This document shows positions 1-11,011 of a stretch of DNA of 51,071 nucleotides, one piece after another. The notes under the pieces are model-generated. The model did not search any database, was not told where the DNA came from, and saw nothing but the letters and a program-made list of their open reading frames with translations. Both the position numbers and the translations under genes were made by a program. The stretch spans positions 1-51,071 of IMG/VR virus record IMGVR_UViG_3300007734_000720; one strand, 5' to 3'. Numbering within the stretch: the first letter of the stretch is position 1; each line of letters opens with the position of its first letter. This DNA comes from a virus. Taxonomy: Duplodnaviria > Caudoviricetes.

Positions 1-2
1 AG

Positions 3-3000
3 GTCGGGAAAAAACTTGCGAACATTACTAGAAGCAAACTGCCCAACCTGTTGACCAGCAGCATTATTCACACGGCCAGACTTCTCCAAAGTATAAATAG
101 AGTTCTGAAGTCCTGCCATAAGACGCTGCTCAACTTCAGTATTGCCAAGAACTGCTACGGCTGCTTCGTACTCTGCCTGCAATTGAATTTGTCTTTGTGC
201 AATATTTTCCAAATGTGCAAAACCTGGACCACGAGTACCAAAAGTGCGAAGCATCTCGATACCCTCGTCAAGAGTCTTGATGCCCTGATTATAGGAACGA
301 GCAGCAGAAGATGTGCCAGCAACACGAGTACGAACAGTAGTACGACCAGAAGGAACTGGTCTGGATTCATTGTAGTACTTACCATCAATCTTACTCTTGA
401 CACGAGAAGTCTTATTGACACGAACTGTGGGGTCAAAAGCAACACCACGTTGCGTACTATTAATCATGTCCTGGACTTCTAACAAACGGTCTTCAAGTTT
501 CTTAATCGCAACAGGGTCATGTGGTTGCACTAAACCCTTAACAGAATCAAACTGAGCCTGCAAATCCGTTACAAGATTCTGCGCCTTCGTATTCGCAGAA
601 CGTGCAGCAGTACGAGCCTTCTTGTTTGACGCATTAGATGCGTCAACAGTAGTAGATATAGATTCCAAATCAGATTGCAAACGAGCAATAGCCTCTTCAC
701 TAGCAGTCATGGGTCTTGGGGGTGCGTCAACAGTCAAAGACTCAGGAAGCCGTGGAGCAAGACCAAGTAAATCGGGAGAATCCACAGTCTCAATAACACC
801 ACCAAAAGTATTAGCTTGCTCGCTAGTAAAACCATACTCAGATGTAGAACGAGCCCACTGTTCGTCACCGTACTCAACAGTCTTCAACCATCGAGCAGCA
901 GAAGATTCATCACCAGGCTTCTGATATATAGCAAAGTAACCAAGTGCTTCTCTATTGGCCTTCGTAGCCAACTCGTCACCCTGAACAAATGTTGCCTTCA
1001 TATCATCAGAAGTAATAGGACGCCAACGAACCTCAACCCATTTATCAGTAGGACTTAACTGTTGTGCACGAGCATTTCTCGCCGGCAATTTCATGCGACT
1101 CATGTCCTCTTTACGAAGATACAAACGACCAGACGCAGTACCATCGTCGTATCGACGATAGGTGCCAACATTAGAGGGTCGCACATCAGGTTCCATAACA
1201 ACTTGATTAGTAACAGAATCTATAACGTTCTTGCCATCCTGCTTCTTTGGCTTCATCCTAAGCTCAATAGACACAGGCAAACCATTAGAAGATGCAGCCT
1301 TGCGCTGAATACCAAGAGCATCTTCACGAACCTTAATCATCTGCCTAATACCATCAGACTTAATCTCAATAGTCTCAACACCCATACTGCGCATCTGTTT
1401 AAGAGTCTCAATCTCATGCAACAACTGTTCACGGGACTTTTGCTCAAAAGGAGTGTGAACAATCACATTATCAACATCATCAGCAAAACGCTTTGAGTCA
1501 TTTAAAACAACTTGAAACTTATAACTCAGAGCTTCGTCAGCCTTAGTACCAGTAAACTCATAACCAAGCCTTGCTCGAAGTTTATCTAAACTCCTGAAGT
1601 CAGCAGGAGCCTCGGGGCCAACACTAACAACATCGTTAATGGCAGCATCAACCTCGGTACCAAAACTCTTACGCTCGGCATCAATAGAAGCAGACAATTC
1701 TTCTGAACCAGTTTCCTTAAGTTTGACACGAGCAGCAGATAAATTAGAGAAAGCATCATCAAGAACAATAGGTGTGTAAACTGCATCTACAGTTGCTTGT
1801 CTAACCTCACCACGCAGGTTCGCTTGCTCTGCCTTGAGTGCATCAATATTGCCCGCAATAACCTTTTGAGCATCAGCAATCTGAACAGGAGTAGCAGACT
1901 TAACACCATCAGCAAGAACAGCAGCACCAAGTTCTTCTTGTCTCTTAAGAAGAACACGTTCACCAGAACTGCCCCAAAACTTTTCAATAATACTACGATT
2001 AGCAGACGCAGTATCAAAATTAGCAATAAACTTGCCACTGAGCGCATCTTGCTCCCTAAGATAATCAACCAGATACTGCAAAGAACGTTCATGAGATATT
2101 TTGTCAACACCATCACGAAGCAACATCTCAGGATTAGTAATGCGAAGAACGGCATCAGTATGAGCCCAATCAGTAATAGAAGAAACAATCTGACCAGCAT
2201 CTTTGTGTTGCACAAAGATGTTCCTCCAAAACTTAGAAGAAGAAAAATACGACGCCAAAGAAACATCCCCACCAAGAGATTGTGCAGCCCGCAAAGTAGG
2301 TGGGGACACACGACCACCAAAAGTCCAATCAACATTGTGTCCATTCAATTCAGAAAGAGTAATCAAAGAACTACTACGATTCTGAGCAGATTTGGCCAAA
2401 GCATATTCAGGAGACTGCATCAAAATATTAAGTTCATTCTGTGCCTCAGCAGCCGGAATAACACGCTCAACAGGCTTCTTGCCTACAGACTTCACAACGG
2501 GACGAACACGAATACTCTCATTCAAACGCACAGCAAGGTCGTTGGAAATCTTTTCCAAATCAGCAATCTGCATGTCAACACGAACAGCGTCATCAACATA
2601 CTTACCAAAGTCACGACCTTGAGAAATCAAAGCAACATTCTTTCTAAAAATATCCTGCGTAATCGAATCACCCAAATCAACACCGTAATAGGAAAACACT
2701 TCTCGCAAATGTGCTAACTCAATTGATGTCTTTTGTTGTGCAACCAAAACACGAACCTTCAACAAAGCCTCTGTGTAATCAGAAACACCCGTAGTGCCAT
2801 TCTTAACCAAATCAAGAGCAATCTGATAATCATCAGCAAGCTTGGCAGCACGAGCTGCCAAGCGAGGAGAACCAGAAGCACGACCAGCAGCAGCCTTAGA
2901 AGCCTTCTCTAAGGCAGAAACCTCGGCAGTTGTGGGAATACGCTGAGCAGGACGATTAGCCTGCAACTTAACATCATTAAGTATTTCATCAATCTTTTTA

Positions 3001-5582
3001 GCCATGCCCGGAAAACGTTCCTTAAGATGAACACGCAAAGACTCCACAACAGGGGACAAAGTAGCCATGTCACGAGAACCAGTCTCACCCAAACGAGCTA
3101 CAACACTATCAATCTGTTCCAAACTATGTACAGCCTTAGTTGGGACAATGGGTTGCCCGACACCCAACTTCCTAACAACATTAACCACTTCAGCATAAAG
3201 ACCAGATGTTTGCAAAGGAGAAGAATTGGCAAGAGGAGCAAGATATGCAGAAACCTCCATGAGTTGTTCCTGTGAACGTGCATGAAAAGCAGCGTCTTCT
3301 GTGTACTTCTCAAACTTTGTAAGAAAATCAGTAACAGCCTGATTATGCTCAGGTGATGACTCAACAGCACGAAGAGCAAGACCTTCTTCAGAAAGGTCTT
3401 TAAAACGCTTCTGCAAATTACCAGACTCTACAGCATGTTTTGCATAAACAGTAAAACCATCTGTGTCCGGCAACATGCCAGCAATAACACCATCAGCACG
3501 TACCATCTCGGCATGCTTCATAGCAGCATCAGCCATCGCTGTATTCAAATGACCCAACAACTCTGCAACATCTGCTTCACTCACGGCAGGATTCTTAAGT
3601 GCCATCAAGGCAGCATCCATGCTGCCGTACTTCAACTCAAGTTGTGACTTCAAAACATCAAGACTGTCTCGCAAACCTGAATGCAAATTCTTAATAGAAG
3701 TCAAAACCTGTTCAAATGCATGAGCAGAATTCTTGTGCATTTGCTTCAAATACTCAGGAGCAATACCAAAATAACTTTCAAAAAGTTTCACAAACTCAGG
3801 AGTCTTTTTAAACTCATTCATCATCGCCACGTTCGACATCATGTTGGCATGACCTCGAATATAAGCAGGAACAATATTCTTCATGTCGGTATCAAAAGCA
3901 TCAAAGACAGGACGACCCTCACTGCGTAACCAAGTATTGACAATCTCATTAAGATTGTCAATCGTCAAATCTTCCTTCTTTAGAATTGTGCCAAAGAATG
4001 GAGAACCTTCCTTCAAACCACGCTGCCTAAAATTACCAACAATATGCAATGCACTACCATCATCCGGCAACAAACCTGCCATAGCAGGGTCAGCCCTAAC
4101 TTCATCCATCAATTGAACAAACTGCTCAGTAGAGTTGTGCGGCAAATAACCTTTCTGATAACCAATAACATGGTCAGGAACAACAGTCTTCCAAGCTTCA
4201 TCGGTAATACCATGAAGGTCTTCCATAACAGTACGAAACTTTTGAGCCAAATCTAAATGCTCGGAAGAAAGACCAAGTTGCGCAGCCTTATCAATCATGG
4301 CCTGACCACTCTCAACATTGTCCAACAAATGTCGAACGGGATTATTCTCAGGCTTCATAACCTCTTCACGCAAAGAACCAAAACGTTGCACAGCAGCAAA
4401 GTCTGCTTCAGAAAAACCAATACGACGAATATCATCAGCATTCAAAATAACTCGTGCAAGCTGTGCTTCAGCATCACTCAAACTTCCATTCGCCAAAGCA
4501 ACACGGTATTTCTTGATAGTGCCTTCACCAAAATACTCAATAGCCCCAACACCACGAGGCGTTATAGCAGCATGCAATGACTTAATACCACTAGTATTTA
4601 CAAACCCAAGGCGAGTAGCGGTGATACCACGCTCAAGAAACTTACCAACAATATCGCTACCAGGAACCTTAACCCGACTACCAAAATAATAAACACCAGG
4701 TCCCCTAATACCAAGCTCTTTAGAAATAATCTCAGGAAGAGCTTGCTTGCCTTGCGCTGCAATATTCTTATAGGCAGATGCTATTTCTGCTTCAGAAAAA
4801 TTAGCAAGACCACTCTTAGTCATCCACTCCATGCGTTGCTGCGTAAATACAGCAAGCTTCTCTCTACCCTCACGACCAATAACAGATTTAGCAGCTGCAC
4901 GTCCAGAACCTTTAACACCAAAAACAGCCTTACGAGCAGATGTCTCAAACAAGTCATCACCCAACTTTGTGACACCAATCTTTGCCAACTGCTCTGCAGT
5001 AGCGTTCTCAACCCCACCTTCAATAAGGTGTGCAAGAGATGCGCCAGAAGTTTTAATAGTACCCTTAGCAAGAATTGTTCCACCCAAGGTAGCCCAAGTC
5101 AAAGGGTCTAAAGCCACATCACCAACTAAACCAACAATACGACCAGCCCAACCCTTCATCGGGAATGCCTTGCCAAAACCGTAATCAAACTCTTTGGTCT
5201 GATTTAAAAAATCAGAAAACGAAGCCTTCGTATTGGAGTCACTATCAACTTGGTCCACAATCTCACGGATACCAGAAATCACAGCACGACGTGGTGTATC
5301 AAGAATCTGCAATGGCATCAGCAAGTGCTTCAACGCACTTGCACCGACACCAGGCTTAGGCAGTCCAGGCAACTTGTTCTTTATGTAAGGGTTTGCATCC
5401 AACTGCAAAGACAAACTCGAAGTCACACCCTGTTGTGACAATGTTGGAACCTGTGTAAACCAAGAGGTATCAAGCTTCTTGGATACAGACGGCTTACCAA
5501 TACCACGAGACACTGGGTCTTTTGCGGCAATTGCATTCAATTGCGCAACAATGTCTACCGGCTTATTTTGCGAATTAGCCAC
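3..5582 (-). CDS. Large internal virion (DNA ejection) protein, copy A, truncated by window edge; missing from ORF track
   Basis: GTG start at 5582 reads (M)ANSQNKPVDIVAQLNAIAAKDPV, matching the N-terminus of 38320..45051; frame at the window edge matches copy B (not every codon was translated). Confidence 0.85.
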   Translation of the reverse strand, partial: MANSQNKPVDIVAQLNAIAAKDPVSRGIGKPSVSKKLDTSWFTQVPTLSQQGVTSSLSLQLDANPYIKNKLPGLPKPGVGASALKHLLMPLQILDTPRRAVISGIREIVDQVDSDSNTKASFSDFLNQTKEFDYGFGKAFPMKGWAGRIVGLVGDVALDPLTWATLGGTILAKGTIKTSGASLAHLIEGGVENATAEQLAKIGVTKLGDDLFETSARKAVFGVKGSGRAAAKSVIGREGREKLAVFTQQRMEWMTKSGLANFSEAEIASAYKNIAAQGKQALPEIISKELGIRGPGVYYFGSRVKVPGSDIVGKFLERGITATRLGFVNTSGIKSLHAAITPRGVGAIEYFGEGTIKKYRVALANGSLSDAEAQLARVILNADDIRRIGFSEADFAAVQRFGSLREEVMKPENNPVRHLLDNVESGQAMIDKAAQLGLSSEHLDLAQKFRTVMEDLHGITDEAWKTVVPDHVIGYQKGYLPHNSTEQFVQLMDEVRADPAMAGLLPDDGSALHIVGNFRQRGLKEGSPFFGTILKKEDLTIDNLNEIVNTWLRSEGRPVFDAFDTDMKNIVPAYIRGHANMMSNVAMMNEFKKTPEFVKLFESYFGIAPEYLKQMHKNSAHAFEQVLTSIKNLHSGLRDSLDVLKSQLELKYGSMDAALMALKNPAVSEADVAELLGHLNTAMADAAMKHAEMVRADGVIAGMLPDTDGFTVYAKHAVESGNLQKRFKDLSEEGLALRAVESSPEHNQAVTDFLTKFEKYTEDAAFHARSQEQLMEVSAYLAPLANSSPLQTSGLYAEVVNVVRKLGVGQPIVPTKAVHSLEQIDSVVARLGETGSRDMATLSPVVESLRVHLKERFPGMAKKIDEILNDVKLQANRPAQRIPTTAEVSALEKASKAAAGRASGSPRLAARAAKLADDYQIALDLVKNGTTGVSDYTEALLKVRVLVAQQKTSIELAHLREVFSYYGVDLGDSITQDIFRKNVALISQGRDFGKYVDDAVRVDMQIADLEKISNDLAVRLNESIRVRPVVKSVGKKPVERVIPAAEAQNELNILMQSPEYALAKSAQNRSSSLITLSELNGHNVDWTFGGRVSPPTLRAAQSLGGDVSLASYFSSSKFWRNIFVQHKDAGQIVSSITDWAHTDAVLRITNPEMLLRDGVDKISHERSLQYLVDYLREQDALSGKFIANFDTASANRSIIEKFWGSSGERVLLKRQEELGAAVLADGVKSATPVQIADAQKVIAGNIDALKAEQANLRGEVRQATVDAVYTPIVLDDAFSNLSAARVKLKETGSEELSASIDAERKSFGTEVDAAINDVVSVGPEAPADFRSLDKLRARLGYEFTGTKADEALSYKFQVVLNDSKRFADDVDNVIVHTPFEQKSREQLLHEIETLKQMRSMGVETIEIKSDGIRQMIKVREDALGIQRKAASSNGLPVSIELRMKPKKQDGKNVIDSVTNQVVMEPDVRPSNVGTYRRYDDGTASGRLYLRKEDMSRMKLPARNARAQQLSPTDKWVEVRWRPITSDDMKATFVQGDELATKANREALGYFAIYQKPGDESSAARWLKTVEYGDEQWARSTSEYGFTSEQANTFGGVIETVDSPDLLGLAPRLPESLTVDAPPRPMTASEEAIARLQSDLESISTTVDASNASNKKARTAARSANTKAQNLVTDLQAQFDSVKGLVQPHDPVAIKKLEDRLLEVQDMINSTQRGVAFDPTVRVNKTSRVKSKIDGKYYNESRPVPSGRTTVRTRVAGTSSAARSYNQGIKTLDEGIEMLRTFGTRGPGFAHLENIAQRQIQLQAEYEAAVAVLGNTEVEQRLMAGLQNSIYTLEKSGRVNNAAGQQVGQFASSNVRKFFPD

Positions 5583-6576
5583 TCTTCGTTGAACGCTTCA
5601 ACATAGCATTTCTCATGATGTCGGTCTTCAAAGGAGTAGAACCCTGTTGCTGCAAAGAAGAAAGTATTTGAGAAGCAAGGTCAAATGCTTGTTGCTGTGT
5701 ATTAGCACCACTGCCCTCTTTGCGGTCTGCATAAGCATTAATAGCATTGGCACGTGAACGATTCTCAGAACTAAGACGCTCGTCTTTAATATCCGCACCC
5801 TTTAAGGCAAGAAAATCCTTTGCTGCCTGGTCCTTGGCCCTACCAACAGGGGCACCAGGCATTTGAATTCTAGAATTCAGCAATTTCATAAACCAATTAC
5901 GCTGAGATTGTTCATTCGCATGTTGTTTCTCTTTACCCATAACATCCTGAATTGCTTTGTTCTCCAAATACTTCTTCTTGTCAACATCACTCGTAAGAAA
6001 AACATCACCAAATTTAGCAGCAATATTCTGACGCCTAGTAGCGTCAGAAGAAAGCTGAGCGGGAAGATTAGCAGTAAGGTCAGCAAATTGCTGAGGAGCA
6101 TACTGCATGGCTTCAGCACCAAACTTCAAAGTACCATCTGAGTTCATGTCAGTATAATTCTCATTAGCACCACGCATACCAGCCTTCTGAAACACATCCT
6201 GTTGCATACTTTGGTCAAGCATTGCCTTCTGAACAACCTGATGTTCATCAGCCAAAGTATTGACAAAAGATTTCCAATCTTCAGGACTCATGCCAGATTG
6301 TGGTTGCAAATCTTTTGCATTCCACAACTGCCAGGCAGGAGTGCCAGACTTAATTCGAGCAGCAGCAATAGCATGAGGAGATGAAGAACCCAAAGAAACG
6401 GCAGACGCAGTCGTAGGGGCATTGCGCTGATACAACTGGTCAAGAGTAAAAGAAGGTGCAGACTGAAAAGTACCATTAAGATACTGCATGACAGGGTCCA
6501 TCGTGTTCGACGAAAAGTCAGACCCACCCTTGCTAGCAATCATTGCTGCAATCAAATCGGAATACGGGTCAGCCAT
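5575..6576 (-). CDS. Putative internal virion/ejection protein, copy A (333 aa)
   Basis: Ala/Gln-rich helical protein upstream of the giant virion gene; homolog at 45044..46285. Confidence 0.7.
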   Translation of the reverse strand: MADPYSDLIAAMIASKGGSDFSSNTMDPVMQYLNGTFQSAPSFTLDQLYQRNAPTTASAVSLGSSSPHAIAAARIKSGTPAWQLWNAKDLQPQSGMSPEDWKSFVNTLADEHQVVQKAMLDQSMQQDVFQKAGMRGANENYTDMNSDGTLKFGAEAMQYAPQQFADLTANLPAQLSSDATRRQNIAAKFGDVFLTSDVDKKKYLENKAIQDVMGKEKQHANEQSQRNWFMKLLNSRIQMPGAPVGRAKDQAAKDFLALKGADIKDERLSSENRSRANAINAYADRKEGSGANTQQQAFDLASQILSSLQQQGSTPLKTDIMRNAMLKRSTKSG

Positions 6577-6597
6577 ACTAATTAGTCCTTTTGTTCC
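6577..6597 (-). promoter_or_regulatory. Putative late promoter box
   Basis: GGAAC-AAAAGGACT-AATTAGT-ATG on the minus strand. Confidence 0.6.
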
Positions 6598-7812
6598 CTA
6601 GAACGCGCCAGCCAAAGCGGGAAATTTCTTCTTAGCTGCAGCCATAGTTGTAAACTTATAATTTGGATTCAGGTCTGCCAAAGCAGCCTTAAAGTTTGGA
6701 TAATTATCTGGTGCCGCAGCAACCTGCTCTGCACGAGATGTAGCACTACCCGCAACAACCGGTTGAGCATTTGCACCAGCACCAGCAGTAGAACCATCAA
6801 CTGCACCACCAGCAGCAATAATAGCTTCCTCAAGAGCAGTCTTCTTCTCACCAACACCCTGTTCAACACCATAACGTGCCTGGTTAATCTGGTCCATCAA
6901 TTGATTCATTGCACTTGCTCGTGCGGTATCAGCATTGGCTTGATATGCAGCACGTTGAGAACCCAATCCAGTTGTTGCATAATTCTGCGCCATTTGTGAC
7001 ACATCAAGATTCGACCGATTATTTGACAACTGATTGGCAGACATCAATTGTTGCAACTGATTGTACGAATCAGCACCTTGCTGATTCGCCATCTGTGAAG
7101 CCTGAACCTGCTGATTCACGGGGTCATTGGAAACACCATAAGCACTCAAATAATTAGCCATAGCATTATTCACAGGACTTACCTGCTGTTGCAAGTTGGC
7201 GTAAGGATTACTCTGGTTAGCTGTCAAATACTTATTCAAATCACCATAACCAGTATTCACCATGCCCTGCGCCATGTCATAACCAGCATTAATATTACTA
7301 ATACCAGTATTGTAATTGTCCCAAATAGAAGCCTGACCTTGTGTATTCTGGTCATTGATAAGACCAAGCAACGTGTCAGCGTTGCCACGATACCCACCAG
7401 AAGCAAGACGACCCTGTAAACCCTGCAAAGCACGAAGTTGAGTATCAGTAGTATTCTTCGCAGCAGCCTGCTCAGCGTTCCACTTGGCCCAATCAAGAGA
7501 ACTGTCCTTGCTACCAGAACCCCCAGAACCACCACCCTGTAGCATCTTCGTCAAACCAGCAATACCACCATAAGCAACAAAAGGGTCTGCCTGTACAGGA
7601 GGCTTAATAGATGGCTGATTATATCTATTAGCTAAATTATAAGCATCATTCTGTGCCTTAGTACCAGAACTATAATCGTATGGTATTTGTCCAAGAGCAG
7701 CAGTACCAACCAAACTCTCAACACGGTCACGTCGGTCTGCCGTACGAGGAGCATTCTGTATCTTAGCAGAAGCACCATTTACCCAATCGTAAGTATTTAC
7801 ACCTGTTGCCAT
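6598..7812 (-). CDS. Putative internal virion/ejection protein, copy A (404 aa)
   Basis: A/Q/N/G-rich, typical of podovirus pilot proteins; homolog at 46307..47632. Confidence 0.7.
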   Translation of the reverse strand: MATGVNTYDWVNGASAKIQNAPRTADRRDRVESLVGTAALGQIPYDYSSGTKAQNDAYNLANRYNQPSIKPPVQADPFVAYGGIAGLTKMLQGGGSGGSGSKDSSLDWAKWNAEQAAAKNTTDTQLRALQGLQGRLASGGYRGNADTLLGLINDQNTQGQASIWDNYNTGISNINAGYDMAQGMVNTGYGDLNKYLTANQSNPYANLQQQVSPVNNAMANYLSAYGVSNDPVNQQVQASQMANQQGADSYNQLQQLMSANQLSNNRSNLDVSQMAQNYATTGLGSQRAAYQANADTARASAMNQLMDQINQARYGVEQGVGEKKTALEEAIIAAGGAVDGSTAGAGANAQPVVAGSATSRAEQVAAAPDNYPNFKAALADLNPNYKFTTMAAAKKKFPALAGAF

Positions 7813-8249
7813 TATGCGTACGCTCCTGCTCTGTATTGCATTATCTGTCCTGCATCCTCAGCAATTTGCTGAGCCTTCTGCTGTGCAAGCACACCCTGGT
7901 CTGCTTTTAGTTGCGCTTGTCGCTCACCCAAATCACCTTGATAAAAAGCATTACCAGTGTCAAGCGCACCCTGCGCTTGACCAGTCTTATCAACACGGTC
8001 TTTGGCAAAGTCCTGCATTGCACTAGCAAATGCACCGCTCTTGACGTTTGCAGTATTACGGCCACTACGACCATAACCAGCAACCAACTGTGGTGCCTGC
8101 CTGTCGTACTGTGCGTTTGCATCAGCAATCGCACGACGACCAGTCTGATTCATTATCTGATTGTCATACAAAGCACGACTACTCTGTGTATTAAAACCAC
8201 TAATCAGAGCCTGCAAACGAGCTGCGTATTCTGCTGGATTAAATGCCAT
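7812..8249 (-). CDS. Putative small internal virion protein, copy A (145 aa)
   Basis: A/Q-rich; 16 aa differences from 47629..48066; TAATG coupling. Confidence 0.7.
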   Translation of the reverse strand: MAFNPAEYAARLQALISGFNTQSSRALYDNQIMNQTGRRAIADANAQYDRQAPQLVAGYGRSGRNTANVKSGAFASAMQDFAKDRVDKTGQAQGALDTGNAFYQGDLGERQAQLKADQGVLAQQKAQQIAEDAGQIMQYRAGAYA

Positions 8250-8425
8250 TAGAAATTACCTTTGTATCGAGTATCTTTATTAGGAATAGGACGTTGCTTC
8301 AACTGCTCTACATCTTTACGCAAAGAATCAATAGCCTGAATCAACGAAGACACAATCACACGAATAGCAACAGCATCCGAAGAATTAAGTGTCGTTACAG
8401 CAGGAATTGATAGTGGTTGGCTCAT
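8249..8425 (-). CDS. Small coiled-coil virion-region protein (58 aa), missing from ORF track
   Basis: MSQPLSIPAVTTLNSSDAVAIRVIVSSLIQAIDSLRKDVEQLK...; overlapping start/stop with both neighbours; conserved at 48066..48239. Confidence 0.8.
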   Translation of the reverse strand: MSQPLSIPAVTTLNSSDAVAIRVIVSSLIQAIDSLRKDVEQLKQRPIPNKDTRYKGNF

Positions 8426-8703
8426 CCGAAAATCTGTCCCCCAAGCACAATCTGGTCGGTTACGGCAAGACCACTGGGTACATCAGCCGAATCAAGTTTT
8501 GCATAAGCAACAACACCATCAGTAATTTTGATTGCGGTAATCGCATTGGTAGCCAAAGCGGCTGTAGGAATAGCACCAGGAGTAAAACCTGTGCCTGCTT
8601 GTAGTGCGTCAACAAAGTTTTTTACATCAGTAAAGTTTGTGTTGACTTGTGATGCTTGCGCAATCGCAGCATCAACAAAAGTATTTGTAATAGTAATAGC
8701 CAT
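8422..8703 (-). CDS. Short tail-fibre anchor-like protein, copy A (93 aa)
   Basis: N-terminal F...A..VN.NF tail-attachment-type motif, AITAIKI repeat, C-terminal DQIVLGGQIFG. Confidence 0.6.
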   Translation of the reverse strand: MAITITNTFVDAAIAQASQVNTNFTDVKNFVDALQAGTGFTPGAIPTAALATNAITAIKITDGVVAYAKLDSADVPSGLAVTDQIVLGGQIFG

Positions 8704-10310
8704 TATCCAGTGACCTTTCGATTATTATATTTATAAGCAATACTGTCAATGCCCCAGTAACCACCAGTGGGTCCAGTAAACAATAATTGTACAGAACGAG
8801 CCAATCCAAGATTGGAGCCACGACGAACCTCTGCACCCGCTGCAACAACACCCCAAGTACCAGTTCCCCAACGCATTGTTCCCCAAACACCACCACTTGA
8901 AGATGGTGGCAAAACAATATCAATACTTTTGCGTTGATTACCAACAGCCTCTTCAAAATTATGAAAAACACGTATATTTAAAGTTCTTTGAGTATTAACT
9001 TGTTTTAAAACAAAGTCTGGTCTACGAAACATTTTTTTCATAGAATAACTATTACCATCAACCCAACCAGTTCGATAAGTTGATGCAAAGTTTGTTTCTA
9101 CAGTTGCAAGCAAATCTGTTTCGGAAGTAAAAACATCAACACGCACAACACGAGGTATGTAAGAGTGCATCATCAATGGGTTAACTCCGCCGGCTGTTGT
9201 AATAAAATCTGTTCCACCAACAAGACCATATCCATCTCCAGATGAATGTTTAACCCAAGAACCATTGGTGGAAATAGATTGGTCGTAAACAAAATTTATG
9301 GTAGCGGTAGAAGGTGATGTGATAGTCGAATAAGGCATACTTAGCCAAACACGACGATTAACATAAGAAACAGTTATTTTAGATGTATAAGCATCACTAA
9401 TGTATCCAAGTGGATACATTGACTTAAGATTTTGAAACAAATCCACAACAGTGTTTCCATTGTAAAAAAACAATCCCTTAGTGTGTGTATAGAAATATAC
9501 ACCGTTTTCTGAAGTTGCAATTTTTGTAGAACCATCACAACCCAAAACAGAAGACAACTCAACAACATTATGGTCAGTTGAATCGTATCCAAATAGAACA
9601 TAAATGGCTTGTGGCTTAAACACAACAAGATGTCCAGCAACAACAGACAAACCAGTTATACCATCACCACCACCATTAAAATCAATATAGTCAGATTGCA
9701 ACCAATCTGATGGTAAACCTTCATGCGACCAACGCAAACGATTTGGATAAGATGTTCCATCTTCTTTTGTATTTGCAACAAACATTTTGTTTGTATGTTG
9801 AATTGTGTGTTCCGCTTTAGGAAAATATCCACCAACAGGGCTTGCATAAGCCTGCCACGTCGGACCACTTGCGGTCAACGCAGTAGCATAAGTGTCAGTA
9901 ACCTTCCACTTATACGAAGCAGTAGCAGCAGAACCAGTGACCATATACATCGTGTCGCCCCACTGGGCAAACTCGATGCCATTACCGCCAGAAGCCACAA
10001 CAGGTTGAGCAGCACCAAAATTGAGTTGAGTAAAATTAGACCCAGTAGAAGTATGCACAGAAGTTTCTGTGCTCAACATCAAATACTGACTGGTTCCCTT
10101 GAACCAAGACAAACGTTTCGGACTCCATGTGCCTGTAACTGCAGTGGAATTAATTTCACGATAAGCACCACGAGTAAACAAACCACCACGAGGGTCAACC
10201 TCCATGTTCAACATATCTGGAGATTCGTTATCCGCCAATTGAAATTGGTCAGCACGAAGATTTAAACCACCAGTAAAATCGTTTCGTCTTTCAACAAGAA
10301 TTTGCGGCAT
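8703..10310 (-). CDS. Tail nozzle / tail tubular protein B-like (P22 gp10-like), copy A
   Basis: 535 aa, N-terminal DFTGGLN, beta-propeller-like composition, NRLRWS motif, follows the adaptor gene. Confidence 0.75.
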   Translation of the reverse strand: MPQILVERRNDFTGGLNLRADQFQLADNESPDMLNMEVDPRGGLFTRGAYREINSTAVTGTWSPKRLSWFKGTSQYLMLSTETSVHTSTGSNFTQLNFGAAQPVVASGGNGIEFAQWGDTMYMVTGSAATASYKWKVTDTYATALTASGPTWQAYASPVGGYFPKAEHTIQHTNKMFVANTKEDGTSYPNRLRWSHEGLPSDWLQSDYIDFNGGGDGITGLSVVAGHLVVFKPQAIYVLFGYDSTDHNVVELSSVLGCDGSTKIATSENGVYFYTHTKGLFFYNGNTVVDLFQNLKSMYPLGYISDAYTSKITVSYVNRRVWLSMPYSTITSPSTATINFVYDQSISTNGSWVKHSSGDGYGLVGGTDFITTAGGVNPLMMHSYIPRVVRVDVFTSETDLLATVETNFASTYRTGWVDGNSYSMKKMFRRPDFVLKQVNTQRTLNIRVFHNFEEAVGNQRKSIDIVLPPSSSGGVWGTMRWGTGTWGVVAAGAEVRRGSNLGLARSVQLLFTGPTGGYWGIDSIAYKYNNRKVTG

Positions 10311-10312
10311 GA

Positions 10313-11011
10313 TTAATAATTCTTAAGAGTTCTACCAAGAGTTTGCAACCAACGTTGCAAAGTCGGATACTGTCGTCCGCCGGACATCACAACAGGTTGT
10401 GCACTTGATGCTTTCATCAAGTCACGTCGTGCAAACGCAACACCTTCTTCAAATGATTTCATATACATGTTGGAAAGGTCAGAGTCTTCTTGGCGTTGAT
10501 ATACACGGGCAAGCACAAAATAGGGGAGAATGGCATGAAACCATTCGTCAAGGTCAATATCCTCAGTTATGTCGGTCAACCAGGTATAAACAGGATTACG
10601 AAATGCTCGCACGGTCATGGGATAAACAATGTTCGGCTTAGCCCACAACTGTATCTTCTTGTCCCAAAAACTATAAAAGTATGGACGAGCAGCAACATCC
10701 AAATTTCCCAACCAAACCATTTCGGCCTGGTTGTAATCAATCAAATGAAGACGAGCACCTTGAGCCGAAGTATCTACAATAGAAATAATTTCTCGAATAT
10801 CCCCAATTGTAGATATTGTGTATTCACGCTGATTAGCTACCGTGCTAAATGTATATGTTTCTTGCAATATAGGCCAACGACGTTCCAACGCATAAATGCG
10901 TTGAAATCCTTCACGAGCAAACTGGTCAATAACAGCATCAGACAAATCGGTTTCATCAAGGTCGGACATATCCCTAACCTGTGAACGCAATGTCGTAAGC
11001 GTTATTGCCAT
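10313..11011 (-). CDS. Head-tail adaptor / tail tubular protein A-like, copy A
   Basis: 232 aa, TLTTLRSQVR N-terminus, position between capsid and nozzle genes. Confidence 0.7.
   Translation of the reverse strand: MAITLTTLRSQVRDMSDLDETDLSDAVIDQFAREGFQRIYALERRWPILQETYTFSTVANQREYTISTIGDIREIISIVDTSAQGARLHLIDYNQAEMVWLGNLDVAARPYFYSFWDKKIQLWAKPNIVYPMTVRAFRNPVYTWLTDITEDIDLDEWFHAILPYFVLARVYQRQEDSDLSNMYMKSFEEGVAFARRDLMKASSAQPVVMSGGRQYPTLQRWLQTLGRTLKNY

Noticed and set aside
51-5438. Many plus-strand ORFs (e.g. 1797..2717) and their counterparts at 39-50 kb
   Set aside because: Antisense shadows of the large minus-strand genes; biased codon usage leaves few stops on the opposite strand, and their lengths are not conserved between copies
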